A DNA stretch of 64,000 bases from Candidatus Poribacteria bacterium (GCA_965222225.1 CBDCTK010000002.1:896001-960000); one strand, 5' to 3'. Numbered from the stretch's first letter, positions 9,555 to 20,449 are shown. The notes: generated by a model from the sequence alone, not told the origin. Program-made: numbers and translations.

Positions 9555-10580
9555 TTAAGTGTTGAGTTTGCTTCCTAGCATTCCGCTTTCTAGCATCGTT
9601 ACCAGCGCGGAGTCATCAACATCCAGCGGTAAAGTGATTTTCGCGCGCCGCCGACTTGACTCGTAGGTTGCAAAGATGAGTTCCGTGGCTTGAAGCGCTT
9701 TCCACCCAATCAGTTCGGGTTCACGGCCATTTTTGACGGCATCAATGAGGTCAAGGACGGATAAAATCGTCTCATTTCCCTGTGATTCAAGGTCGCTTAG
9801 ATCGGGGGTTGTCCAACCTTGGGAATTCGTGCCGAGAACTCTCATCGGACGAGCGTTTTTCCGTCCAATCTCAATGATTCCGTCCGTACCGACTAGACGA
9901 TTGGAGATATCCTGTTCCGCGGTTCCGCCCGTTGCCAACAAGCCTTCGACACCGTTATTCCATCCAACCCATGAAATTCCGGAAGACTCGACCGGCACTC
10001 CAAAAACCTCTTGCGATTCAGACGCGTCGATTTGACCGATTACCCATTCAGCCGGTTCGTCGTTATTGTAAAAGAAGAACATGTCAAACCAGTGCGTTCC
10101 CCAGTCGAACAGATTCGGACAGGCGCCCTCAACTCGAATGAGTTGACCAATGGTGCCATCATTTGCCAGTTGTTTCGCCTTCACGTACGGTGCAGAAAAT
10201 CGGCGCTGATGGGAAAACGTGAGTACTACGTCGTTATCCACGCAAGCTTGGTTCATCTGCTTGGCTTCTCCCCATGATGGCGCCATCGGCTTCTCACAGT
10301 GGATAGCTTTGACACCGCTATTGGCTGCCGCAATCGTAATCTCCTTATGTAAAGTCGTCCAAGTGGTGACACTTACAATATCCGGTCTCTCTTTCTCTAA
10401 CATCTGTCTGTAGTCCGAATATGTCCTCGGGACGCTGTATTTCTCCGCGAACGCCACGCGTGCAGCCTCAACCGGATCCGCGCAAGCAACGAGTTCTACG
10501 TCGGGCGAGGTATGATAACCTCTGGCTTGGCTTTGACCGCGTCCGCCGCAACCGATTACGCCAGCTTTTAGCATTGCCAT
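9555..10580 (-). CDS. Gfo/Idh/MocA family oxidoreductase
   Basis: IGCGGRG, CEKPMA, HQRRF and DWGTHWFD. Confidence 0.93.
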   Translation of the reverse strand: MAMLKAGVIGCGGRGQSQARGYHTSPDVELVACADPVEAARVAFAEKYSVPRTYSDYRQMLEKERPDIVSVTTWTTLHKEITIAAANSGVKAIHCEKPMAPSWGEAKQMNQACVDNDVVLTFSHQRRFSAPYVKAKQLANDGTIGQLIRVEGACPNLFDWGTHWFDMFFFYNNDEPAEWVIGQIDASESQEVFGVPVESSGISWVGWNNGVEGLLATGGTAEQDISNRLVGTDGIIEIGRKNARPMRVLGTNSQGWTTPDLSDLESQGNETILSVLDLIDAVKNGREPELIGWKALQATELIFATYESSRRRAKITLPLDVDDSALVTMLESGMLGSKLNT

Positions 10581-10691
10581 AGTAGTTCTCCTATTGGGGG
10601 AAATCGATAATCAAACCTTCTGTCAATTGTAGCCCATGAAAGTTTAAGAGATGTACATGGGTGCCGTGGGAAATCAAAATTGTTAGATGCT

Positions 10692-11477
10692 TCATCTGAT
10701 TTCTCCGACATTACCTCGTGTTGCCAGATGATTCCATCCTCGCAGGACAAGCCGAACATTTGTGTGAGTGTTATCCGCCTCGATCTCGTCATCACCGGCA
10801 TACATCTGCACCAAAACGCTTTTCCTCGTCTTGGATGATCGATTGGGCATCGAACCGTGTAGTGTAAAATAGCTGAAGAAAACGACATCTCCGGGGTTAG
10901 CTTCCAACACTGTTCCTTTGTCAAGAGGATATTTGTCGGTGACCTCGACGTTTTGTCCGTGCCCCATCATGCCTTGACAGCGGCCCAACTTGTGGGAGCC
11001 GGGGTGTACACGGATACAACCCATCTCGTCTGTGGCTTCGGAGACGTAGATTACGGCAGCGATCATCGTATCTTTTACTGATGGAAAGTATTGCCAATCT
11101 TGGTGCATTGGGAAAGGCGACCCCTTCTCCGGCGGTTTGCAAAACAACTTGGAGTGATGCAGGATAATATCGGGACCAAGAATTGCTTCGGCGACACTGA
11201 GAAACTCGGGCTTCATGAAGGCGTTCAGCCAAATCGCGGAAAAACTCTGAATGTTGTGGGTATGGAAAAGTAGCGAGTCGCCACCGTCGAGTTCATCCAT
11301 CAGTTTGCCGCCCCAGCGGGAATTTGAGTTCTTCTCGGTATCAAGAATTTGTGCAAGCGCTCGGTCGAAATCCTTCTCCATGTGCTGGATTTCACCCACG
11401 GAATACAGTGACTTGGCGAAGTAGAACCCATTTTCGCCAAAAAACGATCTGACTTCGGAAGAATCTATATTTGGCAT
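10692..11477 (-). CDS. PhyH family Fe(II)/2OG dioxygenase
   Basis: KPPEKGSPFPMHQD, GCIRVHPGSH and PGDVVFF...HGSMPNRS...R. Confidence 0.92.
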   Translation of the reverse strand: MPNIDSSEVRSFFGENGFYFAKSLYSVGEIQHMEKDFDRALAQILDTEKNSNSRWGGKLMDELDGGDSLLFHTHNIQSFSAIWLNAFMKPEFLSVAEAILGPDIILHHSKLFCKPPEKGSPFPMHQDWQYFPSVKDTMIAAVIYVSEATDEMGCIRVHPGSHKLGRCQGMMGHGQNVEVTDKYPLDKGTVLEANPGDVVFFSYFTLHGSMPNRSSKTRKSVLVQMYAGDDEIEADNTHTNVRLVLRGWNHLATRGNVGEIR

Positions 11478-11637
11478 GTGTGTTTGTATTTAATCAGCGG
11501 TGTTGCGGAACGTTCCATTAAGAAATTTCGGAATTGACTTTTGGATTCTCGGCTATTCTGCGTGGAAACTCCAATTGGAACACGTTTCTGCTTGCAGATA
11601 ACCGGTGGTGAGTGGGTTAGGAAAAAGCGGGAAATGC

Positions 11638-11665
11638 TTGACCGCATTGCGTATATGTGTATAAT
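11638..11665 (+). promoter_or_regulatory. Putative sigma70 promoter
   Basis: TTGACC-16 nt-TATAAT upstream of the PhyH gene at 11828. Confidence 0.5.
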
Positions 11666-11827
11666 GTTAAGAATTTCTATGGGCTTCTATTGAGCGAACT
11701 TGTAGTGCTTTAGTGTCAGTAAATCAATATTGAGAGAGACGATTTGAAGGGTGCCTGAAAGTACGGATGCCCCCTTTCACGAATCATGAGTATTATTGAC
11801 CAATATCTCAATCCTAAGGAGGATATT

Positions 11828-12775
11828 ATGAAACTCACTCAGGATCAACTTAACGCGTTTCATCGTGACGGCTATATCATCGTAGAAGATTTGTTCGATC
11901 CGAAAGAGGTGTCGGCTGCCTTGAGAGATATGGAGAAGATTTTTTACGGCAACTCCTTCGCTGAATTTCTCGCAGAATTTGACAGGACAGGAAAAGCGGA
12001 TTCTGTCGAACCGACAGCGACCCATTCAGTTACACATTATGGTGACACTCCGTACGGACGTACCCAGTTTCCGACGGGATATGATTCGTTGGATCGACTA
12101 ATCGAAAACAACGACTATCTAGATATTTATTCCCAGTGCTTAGGTATAGACGATATCAGTTACTGCAATGCTCACTTATTCATGCGGTCGGGTCCCAGCG
12201 ATAAACGACATTCCGAGCATCTTTGGCAGGGATACCACGCTGACCACGGTACGAACACCTTTTTACCGCCGAGCCAAGCGGTAGGTTCGTTCGACTACGT
12301 CAACAGCGGCGTTTACCTGCACGATGTGGATGAAGACTGTGCGCCGATGCATGTGATTCCCGATTCGCATCGGCAAGCTGCCGATGTCCTTTTCCGCCTA
12401 GGCGGGGGCATTAACGATATTCGGGAAGTTCCGGAATTTGCCGAGCCGGTACCGACAACTGGAAAAGCGGGGAGCGCCCTATTCTCCTCCTCCTACCTGA
12501 TTCACGCCGCCGTACCGTTTAAGAACAAACGGAAACAACGTGCATTTTGGACGCTGTCCCTAGCTCGTGGAGACACCAGCCGCTGGACGAAACTGGCAAA
12601 TCCATGGCTTGGCCCCGAACAGCCATTTTTCCAACCGTTTTGGGAGAAGACAACGCCGCGTGTTCGCATGCTCTTCGGTTGGCCCGAACCTGGCCACCCC
12701 TACTACACCGATATGACATTGAAGGGTATATCGCTGCGATTTCCCAATATAGATTTGACGCCTTATCGGATATAG
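11828..12775 (+). CDS. PhyH family dioxygenase
   Basis: RBS AAGGAGG, MKLTQDQLNAFHRDGY, YHAD, APMHVIPDSH and IHAA. Confidence 0.9.
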   Translation: MKLTQDQLNAFHRDGYIIVEDLFDPKEVSAALRDMEKIFYGNSFAEFLAEFDRTGKADSVEPTATHSVTHYGDTPYGRTQFPTGYDSLDRLIENNDYLDIYSQCLGIDDISYCNAHLFMRSGPSDKRHSEHLWQGYHADHGTNTFLPPSQAVGSFDYVNSGVYLHDVDEDCAPMHVIPDSHRQAADVLFRLGGGINDIREVPEFAEPVPTTGKAGSALFSSSYLIHAAVPFKNKRKQRAFWTLSLARGDTSRWTKLANPWLGPEQPFFQPFWEKTTPRVRMLFGWPEPGHPYYTDMTLKGISLRFPNIDLTPYRI

Positions 12776-12902
12776 ACGCATCTGACTCCCGTATGGTCAA
12801 GGCTATAATTTGAAAATTGAAGTCGAGAGCATGAGAGAGCAGTTGCCATAATCAAGATCATTAGAGAAATCGAGTTTTGAGGAAAAAGGGATATCTATCG
12901 CA

Positions 12903-12960
12903 CGGGAATTACTATCGCCCTCGTTGTTCACTCGGTTGATTCTAGTCGGTCGCTTGATCG
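12903..12960 (+). repeat. Copy of a dispersed ~37-nt intergenic repeat (GGRAWT-CTATCGCACTC-...-CTCGKTTGAT)
   Basis: Matches copies at 18288-18324 (-), 18386-18425 (-), 21759-21798 (+) and 21854-21891 (+). Confidence 0.7.
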
Positions 12961-13013
12961 ATTTCGCTCAGCTTAAAGGCTGTAAGTGGTGGTTTCTATG
13001 ACTACTGCGCGGA

Positions 13014-13835
13014 CTACTGCGCGTGAACGCGCGCGTAGTCGGGAAATAGTTGGTCATGAACTTCGGCGCACTGCTTGAGGTGAAACATGCGGTCCTCATC
13101 GGCCGTGTCGAGCACCATGGGCCAATACATTCCCGCCCCCGTTTTGTGCTTATATCCTCCCGGCGAGTGAATGCTCAGATATCGATTTAGCACTTCAAGA
13201 TCGGCTTCAGTTTTAGCCCTGCGGGTCAAGTTCATTGTAAACATTCGCCGACGCTTCCCCCCTCCGAATGCGGCGTGATAGGTGTCGTGATTAAAAATTA
13301 CAAGATCTCCAGGATCGGTTTCCAATGCAACATTGGTAGGAAAGTCAGCCGGGGCGACGCCGAACAGTTCCTGTGACCGATTGGGGTCGATTTTCTCTTT
13401 CCGTACGAAATGATCGGGGTGGTGACTCCCGGCTATGACTCGCAGACAACCGGTATCGCGAGTCAACGGATCGAGGTAAAACGCAAGTTTCGCCGAGAAT
13501 AGTTGCCCCCAACTTCCGTCCGGGTGCCAGCCGGTATCTCCAGTATAGTAATTTCCATCGCCGTTGGCGTAGTTAAAATCGTCGCCAAGGATCCCCCCTA
13601 GAATTCCCAAGATGCGCGGATCGTCGAGTAAGGCGCAAAGCCTAGGACGATGTTCAATGGGACCGCCGAACATCGTCCGCGAAGAGCCGTCATGATTCTT
13701 GCCGCCGCCTACTTCTTGGATGGTATGCTCAAATTCATCAGTTATCCACGCGATTTCACTGGGAGAGAAGACCGCGCGGCATGCGAGATAACCGAAGGTA
13801 TGGAAAAAGTTGAGTTGCCGTTGTGTGAGTTTCAT
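13014..13835 (-). CDS. PhyH family dioxygenase
   Basis: MKLTQRQLNFFHTFGY, WHPD, GCLRVIAGSH and PGDLVIFNH..YHAA. Confidence 0.92.
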   Translation of the reverse strand: MKLTQRQLNFFHTFGYLACRAVFSPSEIAWITDEFEHTIQEVGGGKNHDGSSRTMFGGPIEHRPRLCALLDDPRILGILGGILGDDFNYANGDGNYYTGDTGWHPDGSWGQLFSAKLAFYLDPLTRDTGCLRVIAGSHHPDHFVRKEKIDPNRSQELFGVAPADFPTNVALETDPGDLVIFNHDTYHAAFGGGKRRRMFTMNLTRRAKTEADLEVLNRYLSIHSPGGYKHKTGAGMYWPMVLDTADEDRMFHLKQCAEVHDQLFPDYARVHAQ

Positions 13836-13920
13836 TTTGTTTCCCCTTCTAATAGACAGATTTTTGCCAATCCTCCGCTATGGACTGTTAGTCGCTCCAA
13901 TCCTGGAATTGGCCCATGCC

Positions 13921-15192
13921 TTACAGTGTCTTATAGAACCAAGATATTGGAATTCCGACGCAGACGCTCGTGGTTATTCCGTGCTCCCCGCCGGAAAATT
14001 CGTCCTCGCTTTTTTCTGAATCGACAATATAGTATTCCCGCTCACGACACATGAAACTTATGATGGCTGTGTCTTTGCAGAAGGACAGATATGGATATGT
14101 GCCTTCAAGGTCGTTCGGAGGCAGTCGCGGCGCATGTTCCAAGGCTCTATAGGGTTGAATTGGGGACGGATCGACTTTATCAGTGTCGCCTTCTTGGAGG
14201 AAGATTGAGAAGACATTACCGGTATGTCTCCATGTGGCTCCGGCGTCTCTGCTAACGGCCGAGGACAAGCGATGACGCTGCATTCCTCGTTGAATTTCGT
14301 CGCCGGATGCTTGATTCCAGATGATGAGTAGGTCATGGCTCCCGGGGATTCTCCCCAAAGCTGCGGGCGCGAGCGCGGATGCGAGAGCAGTTGGCTCTGG
14401 GCGGGACCAACTCGTTCCATTATCGGCGGACCAGGATTGGTAAAACCGACCGAGCGGGGTTCGCAAAACCATCAGTAGGTGATTTGGGCTAACTTCAGCA
14501 ACCACAGGCTCGTTGCACCGGTAGTGCCCGCCGGCACTGTAATCGAGCGTTACGAATAGTTCGGCACCTGCCCCCCAGACCCCAGTACCCTTGTTGGCTT
14601 TCCACGTTTTTCCTTCGTCGTCCGAATAGTAAGCCCAGCAGTAGGTGAAAAAGTGTTCGTAACCGTGATGACCAACCAGCGCGATGTCGTCGCCGAACAA
14701 TGCTCGTCCCTTCTCCCAAACGGTCTTTCCGAGTAGTTTATAGACCGAGACGACGATGCGGCCGGTACTGGTGACAGTCGCGCCATGCATTACGGCGTTA
14801 TTGTACGGCTCGCCAACCTGAACGGGTTGTGACCATGTTTTGCCTTCGTCGTCGGATTTGACAAACCAAGGACTAAGACCGTACTGTTTGTCCCCTTCAG
14901 ATTTATCATAAAGGCCGCCGATTCCACCGGACTTCAGCCGCAAGAGGTGGCTAATTCCGCGAACTATCGGATTTCCTTCGAGGTCGGTTACGGGTTCAGG
15001 CGTACTCCAGGTTACACCACCATCAGTGGAAGTTGAACGACTCCCTGACGAAATTCTCAGTAGCTTTCCATCCGATGACTCAAGCATCCCTGCCCCGTGC
15101 GGGATAGAACCGATGTGCAAGAATCGAGTTTCATCGGGGATGCATGAGCGTACCTGATCTAAAAACTGGGGGTTGAGCTTATTGTCACTCAT
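13921..15192 (-). CDS. Sialidase-like BNR/Asp-box beta-propeller protein
   Basis: Repeated Asp boxes: STDGGVTWS, SDDEGKTWS, SDDEGKTWK, SADNGTSWS and SRDAGATW. Confidence 0.88.
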   Translation of the reverse strand: MSDNKLNPQFLDQVRSCIPDETRFLHIGSIPHGAGMLESSDGKLLRISSGSRSTSTDGGVTWSTPEPVTDLEGNPIVRGISHLLRLKSGGIGGLYDKSEGDKQYGLSPWFVKSDDEGKTWSQPVQVGEPYNNAVMHGATVTSTGRIVVSVYKLLGKTVWEKGRALFGDDIALVGHHGYEHFFTYCWAYYSDDEGKTWKANKGTGVWGAGAELFVTLDYSAGGHYRCNEPVVAEVSPNHLLMVLRTPLGRFYQSWSADNGTSWSRPEPTALASALAPAALGRIPGSHDLLIIWNQASGDEIQRGMQRHRLSSAVSRDAGATWRHTGNVFSIFLQEGDTDKVDPSPIQPYRALEHAPRLPPNDLEGTYPYLSFCKDTAIISFMCREREYYIVDSEKSEDEFSGGEHGITTSVCVGIPISWFYKTL

Positions 15193-15231
15193 GGGAATAC
15201 GAGGCGTGAACCACAGCGAATCCTGTAGATT

Positions 15232-16218
15232 TTAATTTCCCGAATATTTTCCTGTGACTTGGACCAAACCGTCGCCAGCGTTCACTTGGGGCAGGCGGCG
15301 GAGGAATATAATCACTCCATCCCGGTCTGCCGTGACTTCGGCAACCACTTGGCCAAAGAAATCTTCGATAATTCCCATCCGTTGGCCGGCGCTAACCTCA
15401 TCAAGCAACTCCACATGGGGCCGAAACGAGCCTGCTGCAGAAGCAGAAATTACGAAATCCAAATTGCCGTCACCAACCAAGTGGTGAACGGTCGATTGGG
15501 GATGAGGTTCGCCGGGAATCATACCCAAATGCTTCATGACATTAAGCACGCCGTTGATATAACACGCTACGTCGTCAGGGCCTGCCCGACCACCTCCGGG
15601 GGATTCGGTATAGAGCCAAGGAACCCCAAATTCAGTGGCGGCGCTAATGCTCCTACCCGGCGTGACGGGAGGCGGATGGCCCCACAAAACGGGGGCGCCA
15701 AAGGCTTGAGCCCCGGCTCGGGCTCTTTGGCCAAACTCGTCTTCGCTGTGTAGGTAGCCAATCATCATCGGGATATTGGACTCAACACCGGCACTGTGCA
15801 GATCAATAAAGAGTTCCGCCTGTTTGATGAGTTTGTGAGTCAGCCAATAGGCGATGCGATGGGTGATTGTACCGTGGGCATCGCCGGGGAAAACGCGCGC
15901 GAGGTTTAGACCGTCTATAGGGCTGTTTCGAGTACCAGCCTCGTATGCGGGCATGTTGCATACGGGAACCATGACCAAGGTGCCGTGCAATGCATTGGAT
16001 TCCACCTGCTCATAGATGCGGGGTATGGCTTCTACACCCTCGTATTCATTGCCGTGGACACCGGCGGTAACAACGAGTTTGGGGCCGCCGGATGCACCGC
16101 TTACATAGATTAAAGGCAAACGCCACGTGCCGCCATCCGCACGGGGAGCGACCTCAAGCCAGCCAGTTCCTTTCTCTCCGGAAGGGATTCGGGAAATATC
16201 AAATTGTTGAAATTCCAT
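15232..16218 (-). CDS. Succinylglutamate desuccinylase/aspartoacylase (M14-like) family
   Basis: AGVHGNEYEG, NLARVFPG and IDLHS. Confidence 0.92.
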   Translation of the reverse strand: MEFQQFDISRIPSGEKGTGWLEVAPRADGGTWRLPLIYVSGASGGPKLVVTAGVHGNEYEGVEAIPRIYEQVESNALHGTLVMVPVCNMPAYEAGTRNSPIDGLNLARVFPGDAHGTITHRIAYWLTHKLIKQAELFIDLHSAGVESNIPMMIGYLHSEDEFGQRARAGAQAFGAPVLWGHPPPVTPGRSISAATEFGVPWLYTESPGGGRAGPDDVACYINGVLNVMKHLGMIPGEPHPQSTVHHLVGDGNLDFVISASAAGSFRPHVELLDEVSAGQRMGIIEDFFGQVVAEVTADRDGVIIFLRRLPQVNAGDGLVQVTGKYSGN

Positions 16219-16250
16219 GCTATCCTTTAGAGACTGAATTTTCCCGGCAA

Positions 16251-16970
16251 TTAGATTCCAAGTTGCGTGGCAAGATCGTGGAAATCTTGAGCTATTATGT
16301 CAAATTCGCCGTCTGTAGCTGTGTCTGCCCCGCCTTCCGGTCCCCATTCAAGTGGACGAGAAATAAAAGCGGTTCTGAATCCAACCGATCTTGCACCCTC
16401 AAGGTCGTGGTTGTGCGCCGCGACCATAAGGATTGACGGCGGATCCAAATCAAGAAGATGAGCCGCAGTCTCGTAGACTTCCCTGTCAGTCTTATAATGC
16501 CGCGCAAGTTCCGCGGATAAGATACAGTCCCACGGAATACCGGCGTGCTTCGCCATGTTGGTCAGAAGAGACACGTTGCCATTGGAAAGCGCGGCAACAA
16601 TGTATTTGGACTTCAGTCGTAACATACCGCCTACAACATCGGGCCACGCATCCAGTCGGTGCCAAACGCGATTGAAATGATTTCTCTCGTATTCGGACAA
16701 CTCCAGAATCGGGAAGTCGGCCAGAATGTCGTCAAGAATCATCCTGTGGAGCGTGTCCATTTTGGTCCAGGGCAATTCGCCGCGACGCACGCGCCCCATA
16801 GCAGGTTCGTAGCCGCTTCGCCAAGCCCTGGCGAACTGCCCCCAATCTACGGAAATCTGTTTTTGGGAGCCGAATCGCTCTCCCTCTCTTATAATCGTAG
16901 AGTGCCAATCGGTGACCGTGCCAAAGACATCGACAGTCAGCGCTTTAATTGATGTTTTCCAGGATTCCAT
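16251..16970 (-). CDS. Haloacid dehalogenase type II
   Basis: DVFGTVTDW, LSNGN, YK and MVAAHNHDL. Confidence 0.92.
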   Translation of the reverse strand: MESWKTSIKALTVDVFGTVTDWHSTIIREGERFGSQKQISVDWGQFARAWRSGYEPAMGRVRRGELPWTKMDTLHRMILDDILADFPILELSEYERNHFNRVWHRLDAWPDVVGGMLRLKSKYIVAALSNGNVSLLTNMAKHAGIPWDCILSAELARHYKTDREVYETAAHLLDLDPPSILMVAAHNHDLEGARSVGFRTAFISRPLEWGPEGGADTATDGEFDIIAQDFHDLATQLGI

Positions 16971-17264
16971 ACTTTTTTGTCGGCTCAAAATCAGAGTTTA
17001 TAGTAAGAGATTTGTCTTTTTTCGAAAGCGTCGCCTAGTCGAAAAATATATCAGATTCATATTACCGAATTCTCATCTTTGGGTCAACAAGAATCTCTTG
17101 GTTTTTGAGCAATCTGTGTTGGATTACCTGAGTGTGCAGCGTGTGGAGTTGCTACATGATGGGTTCATCTACGGAACTTCAGCGCATTCCATCATAGAAT
17201 GAGAACATGGCGAACAATGGTGAATCCAACGTGCAGTGCAAACGTGGGTTTGATATGAGTCATG

Positions 17265-18008
17265 TTATTTCAGCCGAATAATCTCGCACTGTGCTTCCGA
17301 TAGCGGATCCATGACGCGTTCGCTAAAATGCAATCCTTGTCCGCCCCAGTCGCGCATATAGCCGATGCTGTAACAGTAATAGAGTGTGCGGCGGGGCCGA
17401 TTGGATGTGTTCACCGTTGAACCGTGGGTTAGCGCCTCGGTGAAGATAATCGCGTCGCCAGCTTCGGCGGGAATGGGTGTCAAGGGTGGATTCTCATCGG
17501 GGTGGCTGCCCCATGGCTTCGGGTAGTTGCTTTTGTGTGCGCCCGGAATAACGGCAAAGCATCCGTCATCAGCGCCGCCATCGAGCATAGGAAATACCAC
17601 TTTGGTTAGCGTCGAGACTATCTCACCGTTTCGGCAGTGGTATTGGCATGTGGGGATGATCGGAGTTCCGTGCTGGTGGAGACTCGTGTATCCACCGCCC
17701 CAACGGTAAATCGTGTAGGTGTGGTTCAGGCGGTACGGACCGCCTGTGACCCGCGCGATTACGGAGAGCACCTCTGGCAGGTCAATCAGTGGAATAAAAG
17801 CTGGGGCCGCCTCCAAAATGTTGGAGATGTACATTTCCTTTTCTGTTTTCTCCGTTCCCAGACACAGCGGTGGCGGGAAGTCATTCGGCGGCATATTCTC
17901 AAAACGGTCAAGTGCCTTATTGCACGCCTCAATTACGTGGGTAGGCACAACCCCTTTGATAACAACATATCCCTGGAGGTCAAACAGGTATATCTGCTCT
18001 TCAGTCAT
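17265..18008 (-). CDS. PhyH family dioxygenase with an atypical HxH metal motif
   Basis: YLFDLQGY, LHQHG in place of HxD, GCFAVIPGAH and AGDAIIFTEALTHG. Confidence 0.88.
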   Translation of the reverse strand: MTEEQIYLFDLQGYVVIKGVVPTHVIEACNKALDRFENMPPNDFPPPLCLGTEKTEKEMYISNILEAAPAFIPLIDLPEVLSVIARVTGGPYRLNHTYTIYRWGGGYTSLHQHGTPIIPTCQYHCRNGEIVSTLTKVVFPMLDGGADDGCFAVIPGAHKSNYPKPWGSHPDENPPLTPIPAEAGDAIIFTEALTHGSTVNTSNRPRRTLYYCYSIGYMRDWGGQGLHFSERVMDPLSEAQCEIIRLK

Positions 18009-18154
18009 GAGTATGCCCTATTCGCGGTCATGGTGTACCGTCGGTTCGAGTTCTCGCGGGGGAAGGTTCGGGGTATTGATATAGCGGTCCGCGGCTTCTT
18101 GATGTGCAAGTATCCAGTCGCATCAAGTAGATATCGTTGCTCTGGCGTCATCAT
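18005..18154 (-). pseudogene. Remnant (internally deleted) PhyH-type gene upstream of 17265-18008
   Basis: RBS AGGAGG followed by MMTPEQRYLLDATGYLHIK, the same N-terminal pattern as its neighbour. Only ~49 codons remain. Confidence 0.6.
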
Positions 18155-18287
18155 AGTTATGCCTCCTTCAGGAGACATGTTATTGAGAACCCTAGGAAAC
18201 GAAAAACAGTTCACCATCTCTGTGGGTTACGAGATGGGCGCTGTTTAGCCCATTGGTAATAACTGTGAAACCCTATAGTAGCAGGAC

Positions 18288-18425
18288 GATCAACCGAGCG
18301 GATGGTGAGAGCGATAAAGATTCCTCAACCAAGTAAATGACGAGGAACCAACAGAGCGAATAGATCAAGCGAGCGATTAGGGAGTAATCAAACGACTGAA
18401 CAAGGAGTGCGATAGAGTTCCCATA
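18288..18425 (-). repeat. Two copies of the dispersed CTATCGCACTC repeat
   Basis: Reverse complements read ggaatctttatcgctctcaccatccgctcggttgatc and gggaactctatcgcactccttgttcagtcgtttgatt. Confidence 0.7.
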
Positions 18426-18552
18426 AAAATCCTAAGGTGATAGAAGATCCTGATAGAAATCCCGCCGCCGTGCCGTCCACTGAAAGGGGATAAACAGGCT
18501 CCTCTATGCATATGCCCATGGGGTTTGCCGCACAGAGAGTGTGCCTACTTCT

Positions 18553-19581
18553 TTAAGGTGAAATCGCCACAGGTTTGCCTGACTTTGCACTCTCAATAGC
18601 TCCGAAAACCATCGCAAGGCTCTTGATGTTGTCGGTGCAGACCGTCTCAGGGGTGTTGCCCTTCTGGACACAATCGACAAACTCATGAATCAACCCGGCA
18701 TGGCCGCCGATTCTGGCTGTAGGTTCACGAACCGGGACCTCCAATCCTTCCCATTCGGAATGGGATTCACCAATTGTTGCCTTGGCTCGTCCGCTGAACT
18801 CATCTTCACCGTCCCACTTAATGCTTCCGTTTGAGCCAACGATATGCCAGTCGCTATTCCAGCTCGTCCTGAGACCTTCGGAACACCAACTTCCTCGGTA
18901 CGTATAGACAACACCGCCGGTCATTTCAAAAACGGCAATAGCGGAGGCGCCGTGGTCGTACCATGAACCCAACGGATTCCACTCTTTACAATAGACAGAA
19001 ACCGGATCTTCGCGAGTTATAAACCGAGCAGCATCGAAGGTGTGAATCGCCATATCCAGCAAAAGGGAATGTTCCATACGGTCTCGAAATCCGCCGAAGT
19101 GAGGTCCCATATAGTAGTCACTGTTTAACGTGGTGATTTGCCCGATTTCACCTTCCGCCAAGAAGTGGCGTAGGCGGCGAATCTGTGGGTCATAGCGACG
19201 ATTCTGGATGACGGCGTAGAGTTTGCCGGCATTCTGAGCAGCCGCAAACATCTCACGCGCATTTTCCATGCTGTCCGCCATCGGCTTTTCACCGAGTACA
19301 TGGCAGCCGTGTCTCAATGCTTCGAGCGTTATGTGAACGTGCGTTTCGGGTACAGTGCAATCGAAAACTATATCCGGTGCACTCGTATCTAACACCACTT
19401 TAAGATCCGTCCCGACGATCGCGTCCTCAAGTCCAAATTCTTGGGCACGCTCTAAGGCAGACTGTTCGCGGATATCGACGAGACCGACAATGTCAATCGA
19501 ATCCATCTCTGCGGCAACGCCGAACCATGTACGACTCATGCCACCGCAGCCCGCGACGACTACCTTGAGTTTCTTTTCCAT
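18553..19581 (-). CDS. Gfo/Idh/MocA family oxidoreductase
   Basis: MEKKLKVVVAGCGGMS, GEKPMA, QNRRY and LDMAIHTFD. Confidence 0.92.
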   Translation of the reverse strand: MEKKLKVVVAGCGGMSRTWFGVAAEMDSIDIVGLVDIREQSALERAQEFGLEDAIVGTDLKVVLDTSAPDIVFDCTVPETHVHITLEALRHGCHVLGEKPMADSMENAREMFAAAQNAGKLYAVIQNRRYDPQIRRLRHFLAEGEIGQITTLNSDYYMGPHFGGFRDRMEHSLLLDMAIHTFDAARFITREDPVSVYCKEWNPLGSWYDHGASAIAVFEMTGGVVYTYRGSWCSEGLRTSWNSDWHIVGSNGSIKWDGEDEFSGRAKATIGESHSEWEGLEVPVREPTARIGGHAGLIHEFVDCVQKGNTPETVCTDNIKSLAMVFGAIESAKSGKPVAISP

Positions 19582-19611
19582 ATTCGACTTTGACTTTTGC
19601 AATTTCAGTGG

Positions 19612-20123
19612 CCGATAGACCAACCATACCGCCTGCAAGTGGTGGGCTCAAATCCACATTCATCGACGTGTACAATACGCTCCTTGCCACTATCCTGAAT
19701 CAGTTGACGGTATTCGCGCAGAAACTTTCCTCTCTCGAAAGGGTTGCTTTCTTGGTATTTTGAGTATTTTTCTGCTGAATTTCATCTGCTTGAGGTGATA
19801 GCATATCGCACTTGGGGTACCCCAAACAGTTGAGCCCGTTCTTATAGAATCGCATCAGGATACTCTTGTACATGACGTTTCAAGACTTGTTTGTCAACTT
19901 TGCGGGTATGCTTCGGCTGAGGTTTGGGCGACAGGTCATCTAACGCTAACCAGTTGTATACTGTCTTACGACTGACTTCAAACCGACGAGCGGCTTCTGC
20001 CTTACTGCCACCCGACTCAACGTAACTCACGACTCGCTTTCTTAAATCTACGCTATAGCTCATAATAGTTCATATAGTAACATACAATCCTAATATGTGT
20101 AAATATGAATCTAAACGACTATA
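19612..20123 (-). mobile_element. Truncated IS630-family element
   Basis: HTH MSYSVDLRKRVVSYVESGGSKAEAARRF (19842-20063), a degenerate continuation ...IVHVDECGF...RRYGWS, and a terminus TATAGTCGTTTAG at 20123 with a TA target. Confidence 0.85.
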
Positions 20124-20449
20124 ATACCGAATGTGCTATGCAGAACTTTGTAAGTCAGAGCGCTTATACGGCGGGAAAACATGGAATGGACGGTGTCTTG
20201 CGTGTTTTAGCCAAGGAAGTTGGAGCTTACGGGGTCACTGTCAATCAGATCGCTCCGGGCTGGACAATTAGCGACAAAAGCCCCGCCGCTGTATCCGATG
20301 AAGATTATCGAAGCAAAGTGCCGCTTCAACGGCGGGGCACTGCCCAAGAGATTGCCAATGCGGTGCTTTTTCTTGCGTCCGACCTAGCCGGCTACATTAC
20401 CGGCGCGTATATTCCAGTCTGTGGCGGCAATGTGATGCCGGCGATTTGA
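20124..20449 (+). pseudogene. 3' fragment of an SDR oxidoreductase, truncated by IS630
   Basis: AYTAGK, VNQIAPG and ITGAYIPVCGG. The Rossmann N-terminus is missing. Confidence 0.85.
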
